A stretch of 64,000 nucleotides of DNA, from contig NW_026262637.1 in NCBI RefSeq assembly GCF_021869535.1, forward strand, positions 8,494,001 to 8,558,000, given 5' to 3'. The DNA comes from Mytilus californianus (Eukaryota). Both the position numbers and the translations under genes were made by a program. This document shows positions 10,866 through 24,069 of the stretch, one piece after another (the stretch's first letter is position 1; the number at the start of each line of letters is the position of its first letter). Under the pieces are notes generated by a model, which was given only the letters and a program-made list of their open reading frames with translations, was not told the DNA's origin and made no database searches.

Positions 10866-13800
10866 ACCTATTTTAGATATCAATTAGATCCTTTCTAACT
10901 GATATCGAATTTAAATATGGTTTCCACACCTTATGGAAACCATAATACCTATTTCCAAATATTTCCTATTTATTCCTATTTAAATTTATGTGTTTAAAAA
11001 TACAAACGTCGAATAAATAACTATTTAACAGATTAACTTCAAGAAAACTAGAACTATTACAACTGAAGCATTTGCCCTGCAAAATCTATAAAAATTAACT
11101 GAATACGGTTTGAAAGTTTTTGCGACAGTTTCCTAAATTTAACTTAACATGACTGATAAGAACAAAAGATCAAAATCTTAAGAGCCCGGCTCCTAAAAGT
11201 CCGCTAAAATAAAGTTCTACTTTTAAAACTAAGAAAACATTGTTTTTACCTTTCTAATAATTTCTCGTACTAATAAAATTTAGTATAAAGTAAAGAAAAT
11301 TTCGTTATTTGCCTAAAATTTACGTAAGCCAAAATTTCTGCCTTAACTTGCCAAAGTTTTAAGCAAGACTAACGTTTCAGCGTTGTTTTACGTCACTCGT
11401 TGGATTTTGTTGGATGTTGGATTGTTGGATGTTGGAACGTTGGAACGTAAGAAATTCCCGCGGAAGTTTTAAAGAAAAATAATTATTTATAAAAATAATT
11501 CGTAAATTCAAATAAAAGATATTTTTCATCTTATTTTTATATTAGAACTTCTACTATGTTATTTAATTCAATTCTCCATGGCAACAATAAATAAAGTTAC
11601 GACTGCGCCACCGGAAAAAGCGGCTAGTCTGGGAGAACAAAACATGTGTTTGTTAGCGGCTGACAAAAATCACAGAATTCGCCGCTAAAACAACTTGACA
11701 ACTTATAAAAACTATATGAATACTTTATATTCAACTCATGGATCTACGAAATGCCGGTGAGTACGACTGTGAAAGCGTAAAATTAAAAATGGAACTAATA
11801 GTCATCAACGATTAGCTTGACATCTTATAACCACTGCGCATGAGCAGGAATTTACACATTCATTCATAAAGATCAACACTCAGAACAGGTGCTCGTAATT
11901 TACATTTCATAGTCTACAATGGAAAACTTCATATAACAACGATTCAATCAAGTGGACTGATATCAGGAATAACATTTCTTCATACAACAATCATAGTTTA
12001 TTTACAACACGCATAAAAATAGCGTATTTCTTACAGTTACACTATATGGATTGACATCAGCACATGTTTAAAAATGCAAATTAAGTTTGGAACGAGGCAG
12101 CAGACGACACTTTAGCCTTATGGAACAAGATGAAGATGGACAAAAGTTTCAACAATTTCAAATGAATTAACATAGAAGCTATATGGTTATACAAGAGTTT
12201 GTGATATATTACAGATGTTCTGGGAAGTATGTCATCCCAATTTATTTAAGCTATGAAAAGTTTCAAAGCTTTAAACTGTGAAAAGTGAAAACTTTATGTG
12301 CAATTAATATTTCAAAAAAATGAGAATATTACAGTGATGAAATTTCTAGTCAGTAATAAAATTGAATAAAATATGTTCTATTTCTGTTATGTCACTGTTT
12401 GTGTTCTAAAATGAACAATTAAAATATGACTGAAAATACTTTAAGCTGCTTGTCAAAACAACACATTTCATATGGTGAACATTCAAATAAATAACATCAT
12501 AAATCTATGCACAATTCAAACACTGTACATGTCATATAACACACACACAATAATAAATTAATATCAACAACAAAATTCTTATACTTGTATGAGCAGGGGC
12601 TTGTGCCTTACAATCAAAATTGATGTCAAACACACAAAATGTGCAAAAGGACATCAGTTATGGTAAAAGAAATATTTAAAGAAGTTAAACATAAAAGCAA
12701 CGATTTGGTATTAAACATGAATCCCAGGAAAAGTTGAACTTGTACACGTATGTTCCATTTAAAGATTGTATTTGGACAGAAAACATACTTTCAGTCGTGT
12801 TAAATTTACAGATACATGTAATAATACAGTATTGCCATTTCAATAATCAAAATTAGACACAGATGAGACTTCTTTTAATGCTTATATATTTTTCTTCTGT
12901 AAAGTTCCATTACACAGATTGCCCTTTTGCATACCACTCAAACTTTATATACTGTAAATTCAGACATTATTGAATGCGAATAATATGACTAGGTTAGTAT
13001 CGCAATAATAAGAACTTGCATTCTTATAACTGAAACATACACATTTATGCAGAATTATTTGAAATCACAATCAATAAACATTTTTTGGTAAAATTGAGAA
13101 TGGAAATTAGGGAATATGCACGTCAAAGAGACAACCCAACCAAAGAGCAGATAACAGCCATGGCAACCATTCTTCAATAATTGCAATAATAAATGCATGC
13201 AAAAATTTCAGTATTTACAGTTTTGAAAAATTGCTGGGTATCCTAATTTTACATGTTTTATAAATGTTTTTTTATCTTAAATAATAAATCATTTTTTGAT
13301 AATAAAAAGTTGAAAATTGACATATATATATATGTGAAATCCCATTTTAAATAATTCTAGTGTTGGTTATTATAAATTTATAATATATAAGTTTATCCAG
13401 ATTTTTTTCAAAGAGGGGTCAACAAGAAATCTGTAAGCAATACATGGTCACACAAAGACTTTAATGCCATTTGTCTGTTTTGATATCAAAATTAGGAGAT
13501 GTAGTATGATCGCCATTGAGACAACTATCCACCAAAGTTCAAAGGAAGTAGAATTTAGCAATTATACTTTATAGGCAACTACTGCCTTTGACAATGAGAA
13601 AATCCATAACGTATAGTGGGCTAAAAATGACTTAGACATATAAAAAAATTGAGAAACTTAACAGCCTAATTTATAACAAAACAAATATGACAGACATGAA
13701 CCAATTTAAAGGAAGCCACTGAACAAATGGTCCCTTTAATACTGTAACACAACAACACAAATTAATTTTTTTTTGTCACAAAATGAAATGTGATGCTTGA

Positions 13801-14739
13801 TAACACAATATACATGATATAGATAAAATGTATGCGAGTACTGACTGGGACATCAATTTTGAAAATGAATATCCTGGCCTGGTAAGAACTGGAAAAACAC
13901 AAAATTTAAGAAAAAAAGTGAAAATAATTTTTCACACAGCAACCCCGAGAAAAAAATATGTCTGTGTAGCAACAGATGAAACTCACTGGAAACATTCCAT
14001 TTTTCCCACCCTTAATACCAAATTCTCTTGCATTTAAAATAAAGTGGTTCTCTATACTTTTCAAGACTTCTGATTGAACTTGTCATACTCATTTCCAAAC
14101 ATATTCTGCAACTGTTCAATATGTCAGAACTGCTTCTTTTCTTTTATTCTTCTGTTATATAATTTTTAATGCATACCATTAGCATAAATTTGAAAACCCA
14201 TATTTAATAAAGGGTTTATATAGTTAGAGATCAAGGATTTCATTTATATAGTAAGAGATCAGTGATTTATATAGCAAGATCTTGCTATACACAAAATAAA
14301 TAGTCTTATATGAATATAAATCACATGCCCTGGGGCTAGAGGAAAGTAAATGGTTGATAAAAAGAACCAAGGACAACACATAACAGAACTCAGATTAATT
14401 TACTATACGCCATAAGACTACTCTTCAAAGTTGAAGCGACCAAATTTGCATAGACATTGGTAAAACAATTTATATTTATGTTGAAGGTGGAACTGCACAT
14501 ATTTTGTCAGTCCTTTTTTGGGGAAAACTCAACATTCTACATACAATTGAAGCCTTAAGAGGAGCATCAAACAAAGACAACTTGTTTTACTATTGTAGGT
14601 TACTGCAAAGGTCAAACGATTTCAACATATATTGTCAATAGGACCAATTTTTGTTGAGGTTTAATAATGTCAATATTCCCGCATCGTCAACTGTGACAAC
14701 AGAGTTGCGGTTCTTTGATGATTGTACGAGTCTTCAGTC

Positions 14740-16090
14740 TTCAGTCCAGAAACTGGAGAAGGATTTTGGAATATGGATGATAAGCCAATGCCAGTAGTTA
14801 AAACAGCAACACACATTGGAATACATAAATCAGAAAAAAAACTCAGTCCAGTTAACAGTTGAAGAAAACATCAAAAAAGCAAGACGCACTTTATATAGTT
14901 TAATGGGATCAGGTCTACATGGAACCAACGGTTTGGACCCAGAAACAATTATCTCACTAGTTAAAACTTTTGTACTACCTATTCTTACTTATGGACTAGA
15001 AATTTTGATCCCAAAGGAAAATCTCTAACAACTCTTAATCTTTACCACAAGAAATTATTAAAACAGCTACTATCATTATCTACAAATACAGCAGACCCAG
15101 CCATTTATATACTCTCTGGCATGATACCTATTGAAGCTGAGTTACATATCAAAATTTTGACATTATTTGGGACCATCACGAGATCAGAAAAAACTTCAAA
15201 TGTGTGGAGAATAGCGGAAAGGCAGCTTAAATTAAAATCTTTCAATAGTAACAGTTGGTTCATTGATATTAAAAAACTCTGTTTGTTATATAATATAGAA
15301 AATATAGAAAACTTTCTGGACAATCCACTAACAAAAACAAAATGGAAATCCTTTATAAACAATAAAGTGCAAAGCTACTGGACCAATAAAATTATTGATG
15401 ACTCAAAGTTGTACTCAACTCTTCGGTATATAAATTGTCAATATTCTATTGGGAAAATACACCCATTGATCACTACAAAAACAGCCAACAATAGAGACAT
15501 TGTAAGGATTCCTACAAGAACCAAAATTGCTACAGGAACATATATATTTCAATCGAATCGAGCATCATTCAATAAAAACAAAGTCAGTCCAACATGTAAA
15601 CTTTGTAATAAGAGTCCTGAAATCTTGTCACATTTTTTACTAACATGTGAGTCACTTGAAACCGACAGGAAAAGACTGATGGAGATAATAATTGATATGG
15701 GAAGTGAACTTTTAGCAAAATCTTGCTTTGTAGTGGAAGTAGACTTAGTTCAGCTAATAGTTAATCCCTTCTACTATACTGTGGATAAATGTAACAATGA
15801 AATTGTTCTAAATATTACTGGACAACTAGAGAGTGTGTGTAGACAGCTTATTAACAATCTGCATATGAAGCGGTATGAACTGCTAACCAAACAACAAAAA
15901 TGTGAAAAGAAAAACAATCTTTCATGAGGAGTAAATATAAAGTAAACTATATATGACATTAAGCTGATGATCAGGGTGGGAATCTCCACAGGTATCATCA
16001 GTTGTAATCGAATAAAATAGACGGTTATCAACCAATAATACATTTGGTTATTATATGGGTGCATACAGATTAAAATTAAAGATAAAATTT
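14740..16090 (+). mobile_element. 5'-truncated non-LTR retrotransposon (LINE; RTE-X/CR1/L2-like ORF2 C-terminus plus 3' UTR)
   Basis: RT C-terminal motifs (THIGI...KARRTLYSLMGSGLHGTNGLDP...LPILTYGLE), a frameshift near 15025, then ORF 15121-15927 with zinc-finger-like CKLCNKSPEILSHFLLTC. Simple GATTAAAATTAAAGATAAAA tail. The 5' boundary is approximate. Confidence 0.85.
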
Positions 16091-16869
16091 ATCTTTTTTA
16101 TTGTCAAATCATATATTAATTGTACATAACGGTGGCGGTACAGAAGTCATTTTTATTGATATATTACTAAGTATTCATAATTGGATTAGACATTCATTGC
16201 GTATTATTATATTGTGTGGTGAAGGATATATATATTCAACTCCATTTGAGGTGTGCCTACATTGGCAGAATTTATCTCGATACAGATACAGATACAGTGC
16301 GCTTGAATAACATAGACAATTTATCGAAACCATAGTTACCAATTCTAAATTCACAAAAAGCGGGTTACCAGAGACGATATTTCTCAAAAAAATAAACTGA
16401 AATAGAAAGCTATAGATAAAACCTAACAGAAAAGTATGAAACTGTAATCAAAATAGGAACGAAACTATGTACAAATGTAACGTTATATGCTGCCGGGTAA
16501 ACTAAAAATATTATTTTTATTTAATATGTTCACTTCTGGAAAATCGCGCAGCACTTTTAATTAACGGGAAAGCACAAGGATTCGTTTAAAAAAAAGTTTG
16601 TTGATTTTTATTCAGTGTAGTAACACGTTTTTTGCCAATTTGGTTAAGGCATTTTACCCCTGTAGAAGTCACGTGACCTAGGCGATCATGACCAAAATTT
16701 CGGTTTACTGAATCCTTACTACACGAATATATAAATTCAACAACTTAGATTCCTGAATTTTGGTTTAAACAATTTTATTCTTGAATTATCATAATTTTGC
16801 CACTATTTACGTTTCAAAGTTCCTTAACCTACCTGCGTAAACGTCATTTCGGACACAATTCGTGGCTAA

Positions 16870-19200
16870 CCAGGCGAGTACGTGACCTCACGGAAAAAGA
16901 TAAAGGAGCTTTCACAGAAAAACGTTACAAGTTCTGTCAGGAACTAGAGGCCCTCTGGTCAGATATAGAATCCCAGTTATTGGAAGTCACCACGCCTCAT
17001 AACGAGCTCCAGCAACTCTTAACAGTCCAGGACAAACTTGTAAAAGCCTGTACGAGTTATCGTAGGCTCACAGATGAATACCTGGTCTTTCTGAAAAGGA
17101 CCAGAACATTGGACAGTCAAAAAGACATACACAATGTAGACGATTGTAATCTCACATTAGATATTCGTCTGTCCAAAGTGGACCTGGCTCTAGAAACATT
17201 GCACGAACATCGTCTTGACCTGACAAAGGCTAAATCTACTAAAACAAAGACCTCAAAGAGTAAGAAAACTTCACATAGTGGTAGCTCTAACGTGTCTGAT
17301 ATGTCAAGCCTAGCACGGAGGAAGCGTGCCAAAGCAAAGGCCGCTAAATCAAAAATAACCTTTGTCGAACAACATGCACTTATCCTACAACAGGAGGCAA
17401 TGTTAGAGGAACAAGGCTTGTTCAGACAAACTGAAATGGAACAGGAAGCAGCACTCAAAAAGGCTGAAATGGAACAAGAAGCCGCGCGTACAAAGGCTGA
17501 AAGCCAAGTTAAACCTTCTAGAAGCACGAAGTGAAGCTGCAGCCGCAGAAGCCGAGGCTCGTATCCGAGAATATGACGACAGCCAAGCGTTAGACGATCT
17601 TCGTGAAGAAACAGAAGACCCGCTCCAACGTGTGCAAGATTTCATAAACAAACATCCTGTACCAACTGCCGTACAGGAAGTGACAGGCCCTCTAAAGAAA
17701 AAACGAACTCCTGCTTAGCTAATTCATTAAGCACCTGAGTTGTACCATCCGTGGCATTGAACTTGCCGTCACAGACACCTGCTGTCTTACCTACACATGT
17801 TTAGTCGCCAAAAGTTAAAGTATTTCCAGATCTGGGTACAGTAACTGGCATAGAAAAACAGGGCGTTTCAGCAGAGATCCCTGTCTCACACCAAAAACAA
17901 GGCGTTATAGAAGAGATCCCTGTCTCACACCATAAACAATGCGTTATAGAAGAGACCACACCTGCAACAAATCAGTCCTACGTCGAAGATAACCAGATTT
18001 CTCCTACGCAAGGACCTGCTTTTCTCCCGGCTAACAAGCTTTAACGACCGGGCAAAATCCTTTTATACATGGAAAGCCAGCTTTAAAAACGTCATAGACA
18101 AATTACAATATCGGACTCGGAACAGCTAGACCTACTGATTAAGTGGCTAGGGCCAGAATCTGCTAGACATGCAATTAGCATACGGGCATCAAATGCCAAT
18201 AACCCAACAAGAGGCCTACAGAGACTATGGGAGAGACTGGACGACCGATATGGTGCTCCAGAAATGTTGGAGGCGTCTCTCGTCAACAAACTTGTAATCA
18301 CTAGCCAGTCAACACTGAGGTTGTGAGTTCGTACCCCGGTCGCATGGGTGCACTCGACTCCAATCTTAATTGACTAGGATTGACAGTTTTCCTATCGAAG
18401 GTCAGTGGTTTTCTCCGTGCACTCCGCTTTCCTCCACCAATACAAACTGGCCGCCACGAAATAGCCCAAAAGCGGTGCTTAAAAGTGGCGTTAAAACACA
18501 AAAAATCAAATCAAATCAAATCAACAAACTTGTCAACTTCCCAACACTGACGAATAAGGACAACTCACTCCTTTACGATTTGTCACATATTATCTCAGAA
18601 ATAGAGTATCAACGAAGAAAATCCCAAGATGGGATGTTTGTTTGCTGATTTCGACTCTTCGTCCGGTATAAATCTAATTGTGGAAATACTGCCATACGGA
18701 CGCCAAGAAAAGTGAATAACAAGGGCTTCAAGATACAAGTCTAAACACGAAGTTGCCTTTCAACCTTTCACAGAATTATCTGCCTCCATCAGGGAAATCA
18801 ATAAAATTAAGAACGATCCTGGTTTCATCTTTGAGTCAAAAGTCACACCAAATACAAAAGGTGTTGCGTTAAAGTTCACACCTCAGACGTACTCTAAAGT
18901 CAACGTTCATACAACGGATGTTGAACAGCAAACTGGAGACAGCAGTCAACATCAAGATCTGTGTATCCTACACAAGACAAAGCATCCCTTAAACGAATGC
19001 CGAGCGTTCCGAGCCAAACCAATCGAGGAACGCAAGGAACTGTTAAGACAGAACAATGTGTGCTACAAGTGTTGTGAGTCAACCACACACAGAAGTCGGG
19101 ACTGCAACACAAGTATCAGTTGTAATGAGTGTGGAAGTCAACGACACACCACCGCACTACACATAACAAGGGTGCAACCGCACGAACATTCTCAATTTAG
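16870..19200 (+). pseudogene. BEL/Pao gag remnant (frameshifted, SINE-interrupted)
   Basis: ORF 16797-17534; the ...EASLVNKL|VNFP... frame is restored across the SINE; knuckles C.LHKTKHPLNEC, CYKCCESTTHRSRDC and CNECGSQRHTTALH. Confidence 0.85.
18296..18520 (+). mobile_element. 5'-truncated tRNA-derived V-SINE (bivalve type)
   Basis: Box-B-like GAGTTCGTACCCC, V-domain-like GGTTTTCTCCGTGCACTCCGCTTTCCTCCACC, (AAATC)n tail. 13-bp TSD TCAACAAACTTGT at 18283-18295 and 18521-18533. Confidence 0.85.
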
Positions 19201-19289
19201 TTCCTCTGGAACAATCTACGGCGGGGAGCAGACAGAGTCCGCTGAAATAAAGTTAACCTCTGTGAGTTCAACCGGCACAGAGATCCACA

Positions 19290-19830
19290 AAGATCCTAAG
19301 AGTGAGAAATCTTGTGCCAAGATATTACCTGTGGATGTGTACCACAAGCACAGCACAGACAAAATTATCCGGATGTACGCCATCATTGACGACCAAAGTA
19401 ACCGGTCTCTTGCCTCGCCTGAATTCTTCAGTCTGTTCAACGTTCGAGGTAAACGCGAAAACTACTCTCTAACAACATGCTTCGGCAGAGTATCTACTTC
19501 AGGGAAAAGAGGAAAAGATTTCGTCTTAAAATCTGTACATGGTGACGTACAATTTCATCTGCCTACGTTAATTGAATGTAATAATATTCTCAATAATCGA
19601 GACGAAATTCCTACTCCTGAAGTCGCAATGCATCATCCGCATCTAAAAGAACTCAGAGGAAGCATTCCACCAATAGAGGAACATTGTCAAATTCTTCTCT
19701 TAATTGGAAGAGACCTTATAGAGGCACACCACGTCCTTGAACAACACCTAGGACCATCCAGAACTCCATTTGTCCAAAAGTTGAAACTTGGTTGGGTCAT
19801 AATTGGAAATACATACATTGACAAGCAAAC
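19290..19830 (+). pseudogene. BEL/Pao aspartic protease region (DUF1758-type)
   Basis: SCAKILPV...MYAIIDDQSNRSLAS...LLIGRDLIEAH...PFVQKLKLGWVIIG within ORF 19058-20080. Confidence 0.85.
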
Positions 19831-20810
19831 TGTTCCGCTTGAAGTCAACACGAAGATAACTAACATTTCAATCACGGAACCAGAACAACGTCTTGCCTCA
19901 AGACCGGAAATAGCCTTCAAGGACGAAAATCAAATTGTTGTTCAGGATAACGACCAACACTTTAATTCAAAGCCAAGGTTGCAAAATCGCATTCCATACA
20001 ATTCCTTGAGTGTACTGGACCTAGTACCAAATCTGGTAAACTCACGAATTTCTCTAGAGAGACAGCACTCGTGTCACTAAAAGCAAAATCTGTGACTTCT
20101 ATTGAAGACCTGAAGTTCATGGAGAGGAAATCAGTCGCATTCACAAACCTATTTAGAAAGAAGGACCGATTGCCAATCTCAAGGTGCCTTTTAACAATCA
20201 ACGTCTACTCCGAATAGGAAGCAGTATCGCCACGTCCGACTTGAATATTAGTGAAAAGGAACCGGTGGTCTTTTCTTGACATCATCACAAAGTTACACCC
20301 TTTGTTCGACATTACTACGACAAAATCAAACATCGAGGTCGCCACTTCACAGATAAAGCGACTAGATCAGCAGGATGGAACGTTAGGACGAAACGCTTAA
20401 TTTCGTCTGATACTCACAAAGAAGCGACATTTCGCCAAATCGGACGAGGACCAAGTACTTACTCTCATCATACTTACCGGAGGACCATCTTCGACCGTCA
20501 TCGCCGTCTAACAACGTTGGAGGAATTAAAGTTCCTATTATCAATGGAACATTCTACAGAACACAACAATCTCATCCGATACATCCTTCTTCTAAAGAAC
20601 AAGAAACTGTGCCAAACCCAGTTTCCCGTGGAATTAATTTATTCATGAAACTTTATAGTGAAAAGTCGTAAGTTGAGACCTGATATTTTTCACACGACCA
20701 ATAGTGAACATTTCACCTGTACATATTCAATGTATGTTGGGATTTAGTTTTTTTTCTTATATTCATATGCGATTAATTTATGGAATAGTGATATCAGAAA
20801 GACATCAGTT

Positions 20811-21009
20811 TACGCAGTTCCTCAATTTATATAGTTTGTTTAATTATATTCTTAATCTGTTTATGTGTTCCAGTCTAGGAGGATTATTCATCTTTAACCC
20901 GATAAGAACTTGTAAGAACTTTAAAACATCGTATCATCGTTACCTTTTCCCTTTCTTACACGTATCTCGAACTGAATTGCAAGGTCATCCCAGTATTGGA
21001 GAACATTTA
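20811..21009 (+). repeat. BEL/Pao 3' LTR (portion alignable to 1205-2300)
   Basis: Uninterrupted homolog of the LTR at 1205-2300, ending GGAGAACA(TTTA). The true 5' start is unresolved because the PPT region appears deleted. Confidence 0.75.
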
Positions 21010-23976
21010 AGGACAAACATCATTTCGGACACAATTCGTGGCTATTAAACCACAGAGTGGGTTAATTTTATAACATTGTATCTAAAGCCTTCAAATTGCT
21101 TTTCACATATTTGGACCTTTTCTCCGTGAAATACTGGAAATTTAACTGTTCTTGAAAGTACAATATTTTCTCGCATTCAATGGACTGTGCTATCAATCAT
21201 ATATGACATTTCGTTATCATAACATTAATTTAACACATTGTAAAATTGTATTTTATTTGTATTTCAGCTTTTTACCATTTGTTAGATTGATTCATAATTA
21301 AAGTATCAGCACCAGATAGTCTTTTCTGCTTGAGCCCAATCGTCGGTTATACCTAATGGTCAGGTCATAACAATTTTTCGTTTTTTGAGGCATATTTCTA
21401 CTAAGATAAAATTTACATATTCGCAATTTTATTTTTGATTGAAAACAAATGCTTAATATATTTTAAGTATGTTATTTGTTCTTTAACTGTAACAATAGTT
21501 GAATCTGAATAGTTGAAACAAATATTACAGAATTTAGGGGTAACAAAAATTGAATTAAACCAGATATAAACTTATGTGTCATCTGTGAAAGTGCAACTTG
21601 GCTTCTCATATGCTCAATATGAATAAAATTAGTGTCATAACTATACATCTACAACTTTAAAAACCAAATGATTGCAAGTTCCTATTTAAAACATTCAAAG
21701 AAGTTTACAATATAACATTATTTTTTTTCTATTTTCAGGAATAAAAACGGTAAGGATATTCGTACATATAAACAAAAATACTGTCCAGGTTTTTCAACTA
21801 CAATATTTTTTTACACAGATTTCTATATGTAGAAATATAGCTTTCGTTAGTCGATCTCTTTTTTCCTATTCTACTTTTGAATTAAAAAAAAACATCCTTC
21901 AATTCGATTTTCGCAAAGCCGCATTTTGAACGTCCAAATTTTAAAACTGTTCGATTTTCTTGTTTGACTGGTAGTGTAGCATTTATTAGTTAGTTCTTTC
22001 ATATTTTAGGCTGTCTTTGGCATTAGTTATTTAGTATGTTACTTGTTCACTTTTCAATTTTGTTTCCTTCATTAAAGTTGGTAATCATTGATATATGATA
22101 TAATAAGCTTCTGTGTTTCTAGATTTATGTATACTTATTATTTGTTATGTTCGTTGTCATATTTCCTTGATATCAAAAGCTTCACAGGTTGAATTCCGTT
22201 GTCAATTAATCTGTATTTTTCAGACGTCAATATATGTAATAAGTATTGTTTCGAGTCATATAGTTTGCATAACAATGAGAAGATGTGATATAATTGCAGA
22301 TGATACAACTCTCCACCAAAGACCAAATGACATCAACGATAAAAAAAAATACAGATAACCTACGGCCTTTCAAATTAAGCAAGACCCATACAAAAAGAAT
22401 ATTTCTAACATCAAATTTGAGTTCAGTTATTTCACATTTAGTCGGCAAATGGAGATTGCCAATATTTCGTTTTCATTTTTGACATATGCACTGTTGTTTT
22501 AGATCCGTGGCATTGGTTCCTCCATGCAAAACGGTAAAAGAAATGTTTTTGATAAATATTAGAATTCATGTAATAAAAGTCGTACAATATTTCGTGTTAA
22601 AAGTCGTACAATATTTCGTAAACGATTTTATTCTTTGCAAATTGGTATAACTGTAATTGTACTGCATCTTATTCAAATTTTGCTCCAAATGTATCACTCT
22701 AAATGCTAAAAAAACACAGAGACTTTTTAATATATTTTTTTTTTCAATTAAGCAAGTTCAGCATCATTGATAAACGAGGCACTATTATACTAATTCGTAT
22801 TAATTATTTATGACACGATTGGAAGAATATGTCAACAAATTTCATCATCTTAACCTATGCACAAAAAAATCAATACAAACAAATGAACGTAACAAGAAAA
22901 AGCAACAAACACTAATCGCTGCATATTCAAAAGCTAAGAGTGTATAATTACTTAAAACAGATAACAATAGGTGCAAATGTCAGCAACAAAGACTGACAAA
23001 TAGCTAAATGCATCTTATTTCAACTTTGTTAGAGAGAGAGAATTGGATCCATAACTGCTCAACAAATTTATATACGAATAATTTAGGATATGTAGGTTAT
23101 AACTCATGTTTAAACCAAGTCTGGAAATTTGTTAATTGACTGATTGTGTTTTATTCCCTTTCTAGAAATATTGAATGTGGTTTGATTAGTTTCTCTGGTA
23201 AAAATTTCATAGCAGTAGACTAAATTATTGTTCGTGCGATGTTCTCACTTTTATATATTTCATAATAGAAAAAGAGCATATAGTTTATTCTAAACAAGAG
23301 TAAATTACTGTCGTGTAGCATCGCATATGGTACATGCATATTGCCCTGAGGAATAACGTGTATTACGTGTACACAAACTTCTCTGTTGCCTATTTAGATC
23401 ATGTCTCGTCACAATAAAACACACAATAAATATCTTTATCCTAAAGTTACAATAACAGAATGACCACTAATTCGCAATGAAATTTGGAAGCATGATATCA
23501 ATATACTTTTCCTTGTTTTTTATGTATTAAAGACTTTTTTTAGGTATTTGTAAAACGTTTAACGTTACGGGTCTTCTGATCTTTGAGTCACAAAGCAAAC
23601 CGATGCTTGTTGACTTTCAGTTAATGAACAGTACTATTCATATCCGACAAGGAAGCTCTTCCTCTGATGTAAGATTATCTTAATGATATATTTGATTTGT
23701 GAATTCCTACCTGTCAAATAATGCAAGTATACTAATATCAAGGTTGCATTATCTTAGGCAAAGAAACAAAGCAATAACTTTGTTTTTTGCATACATTAAG
23801 ATTGTTTCTGGATTTTTTTATTATTATTATTTGTTTATTTATTTATTTACACAAAATATCAATTAGTTAGACACAGGCTACCATTTCATTTCTTGTTTTT
23901 AAAACTTATGTCAGATTTACTGTTTAGGGAATAATATTGAATTTCTTGTTATCAAAAACTGCATATTTAATTCCAG

Positions 23977-24069
23977 AACCTGATTGCTCACAAGAACAAT
24001 TAGAAGAATATGCCGTCTGTTCCCATCTAAATGCTCTAAAGTTAAACCCAAAGTCGAATAAAAAACGAG
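23977..24069 (+). CDS. Candidate upstream exon of the caspase-like gene
   Basis: TTCCAG acceptor and G|GTATGC donor; 93 nt, phase 1 to 1; encodes (E)PDCSQEQLEEYAVCSHLNALKLNPKSNKKR(G), resembling the ...PRG segment before caspase strand beta1. Linkage to 34041 is not shown. Confidence 0.35.

Larger units (their letters stand above)
16805..21044 (+). mobile_element. Internally deleted, decayed BEL/Pao LTR retrotransposon (gag-protease, integrase remnants, 3' LTR)
   Basis: BEL gag motifs (WKASF, LIKWLG, LWERLDDRYG), three Cys/His knuckles, protease motif AIIDDQSNRS, LLIGRD...KLGWVIIG, integrase zinc-finger remnants and an RPI-like C-terminus. RT/RNase H are essentially missing. Confidence 0.9.

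Noticed and set aside
16790-16805. Academ-like TAG terminus (reverse complement TAGTGGCAAAATT)
   Set aside because: No matching opposite end near 2300 or elsewhere in the window.
17117-17651. Minus-strand ORFs 17117-17527 and 17403-17651; similarly 1715-2008, 49373-49585 and 50268-50564
   Set aside because: Antisense or alternative-frame shadows of real coding regions.
21739-21749. 11-nt micro-exon candidate (TTTTCAG|GAATAAAAACG|GTAAGG)
   Set aside because: Good splice consensus, but it cannot be linked in frame to neighbouring exons without transcript data.
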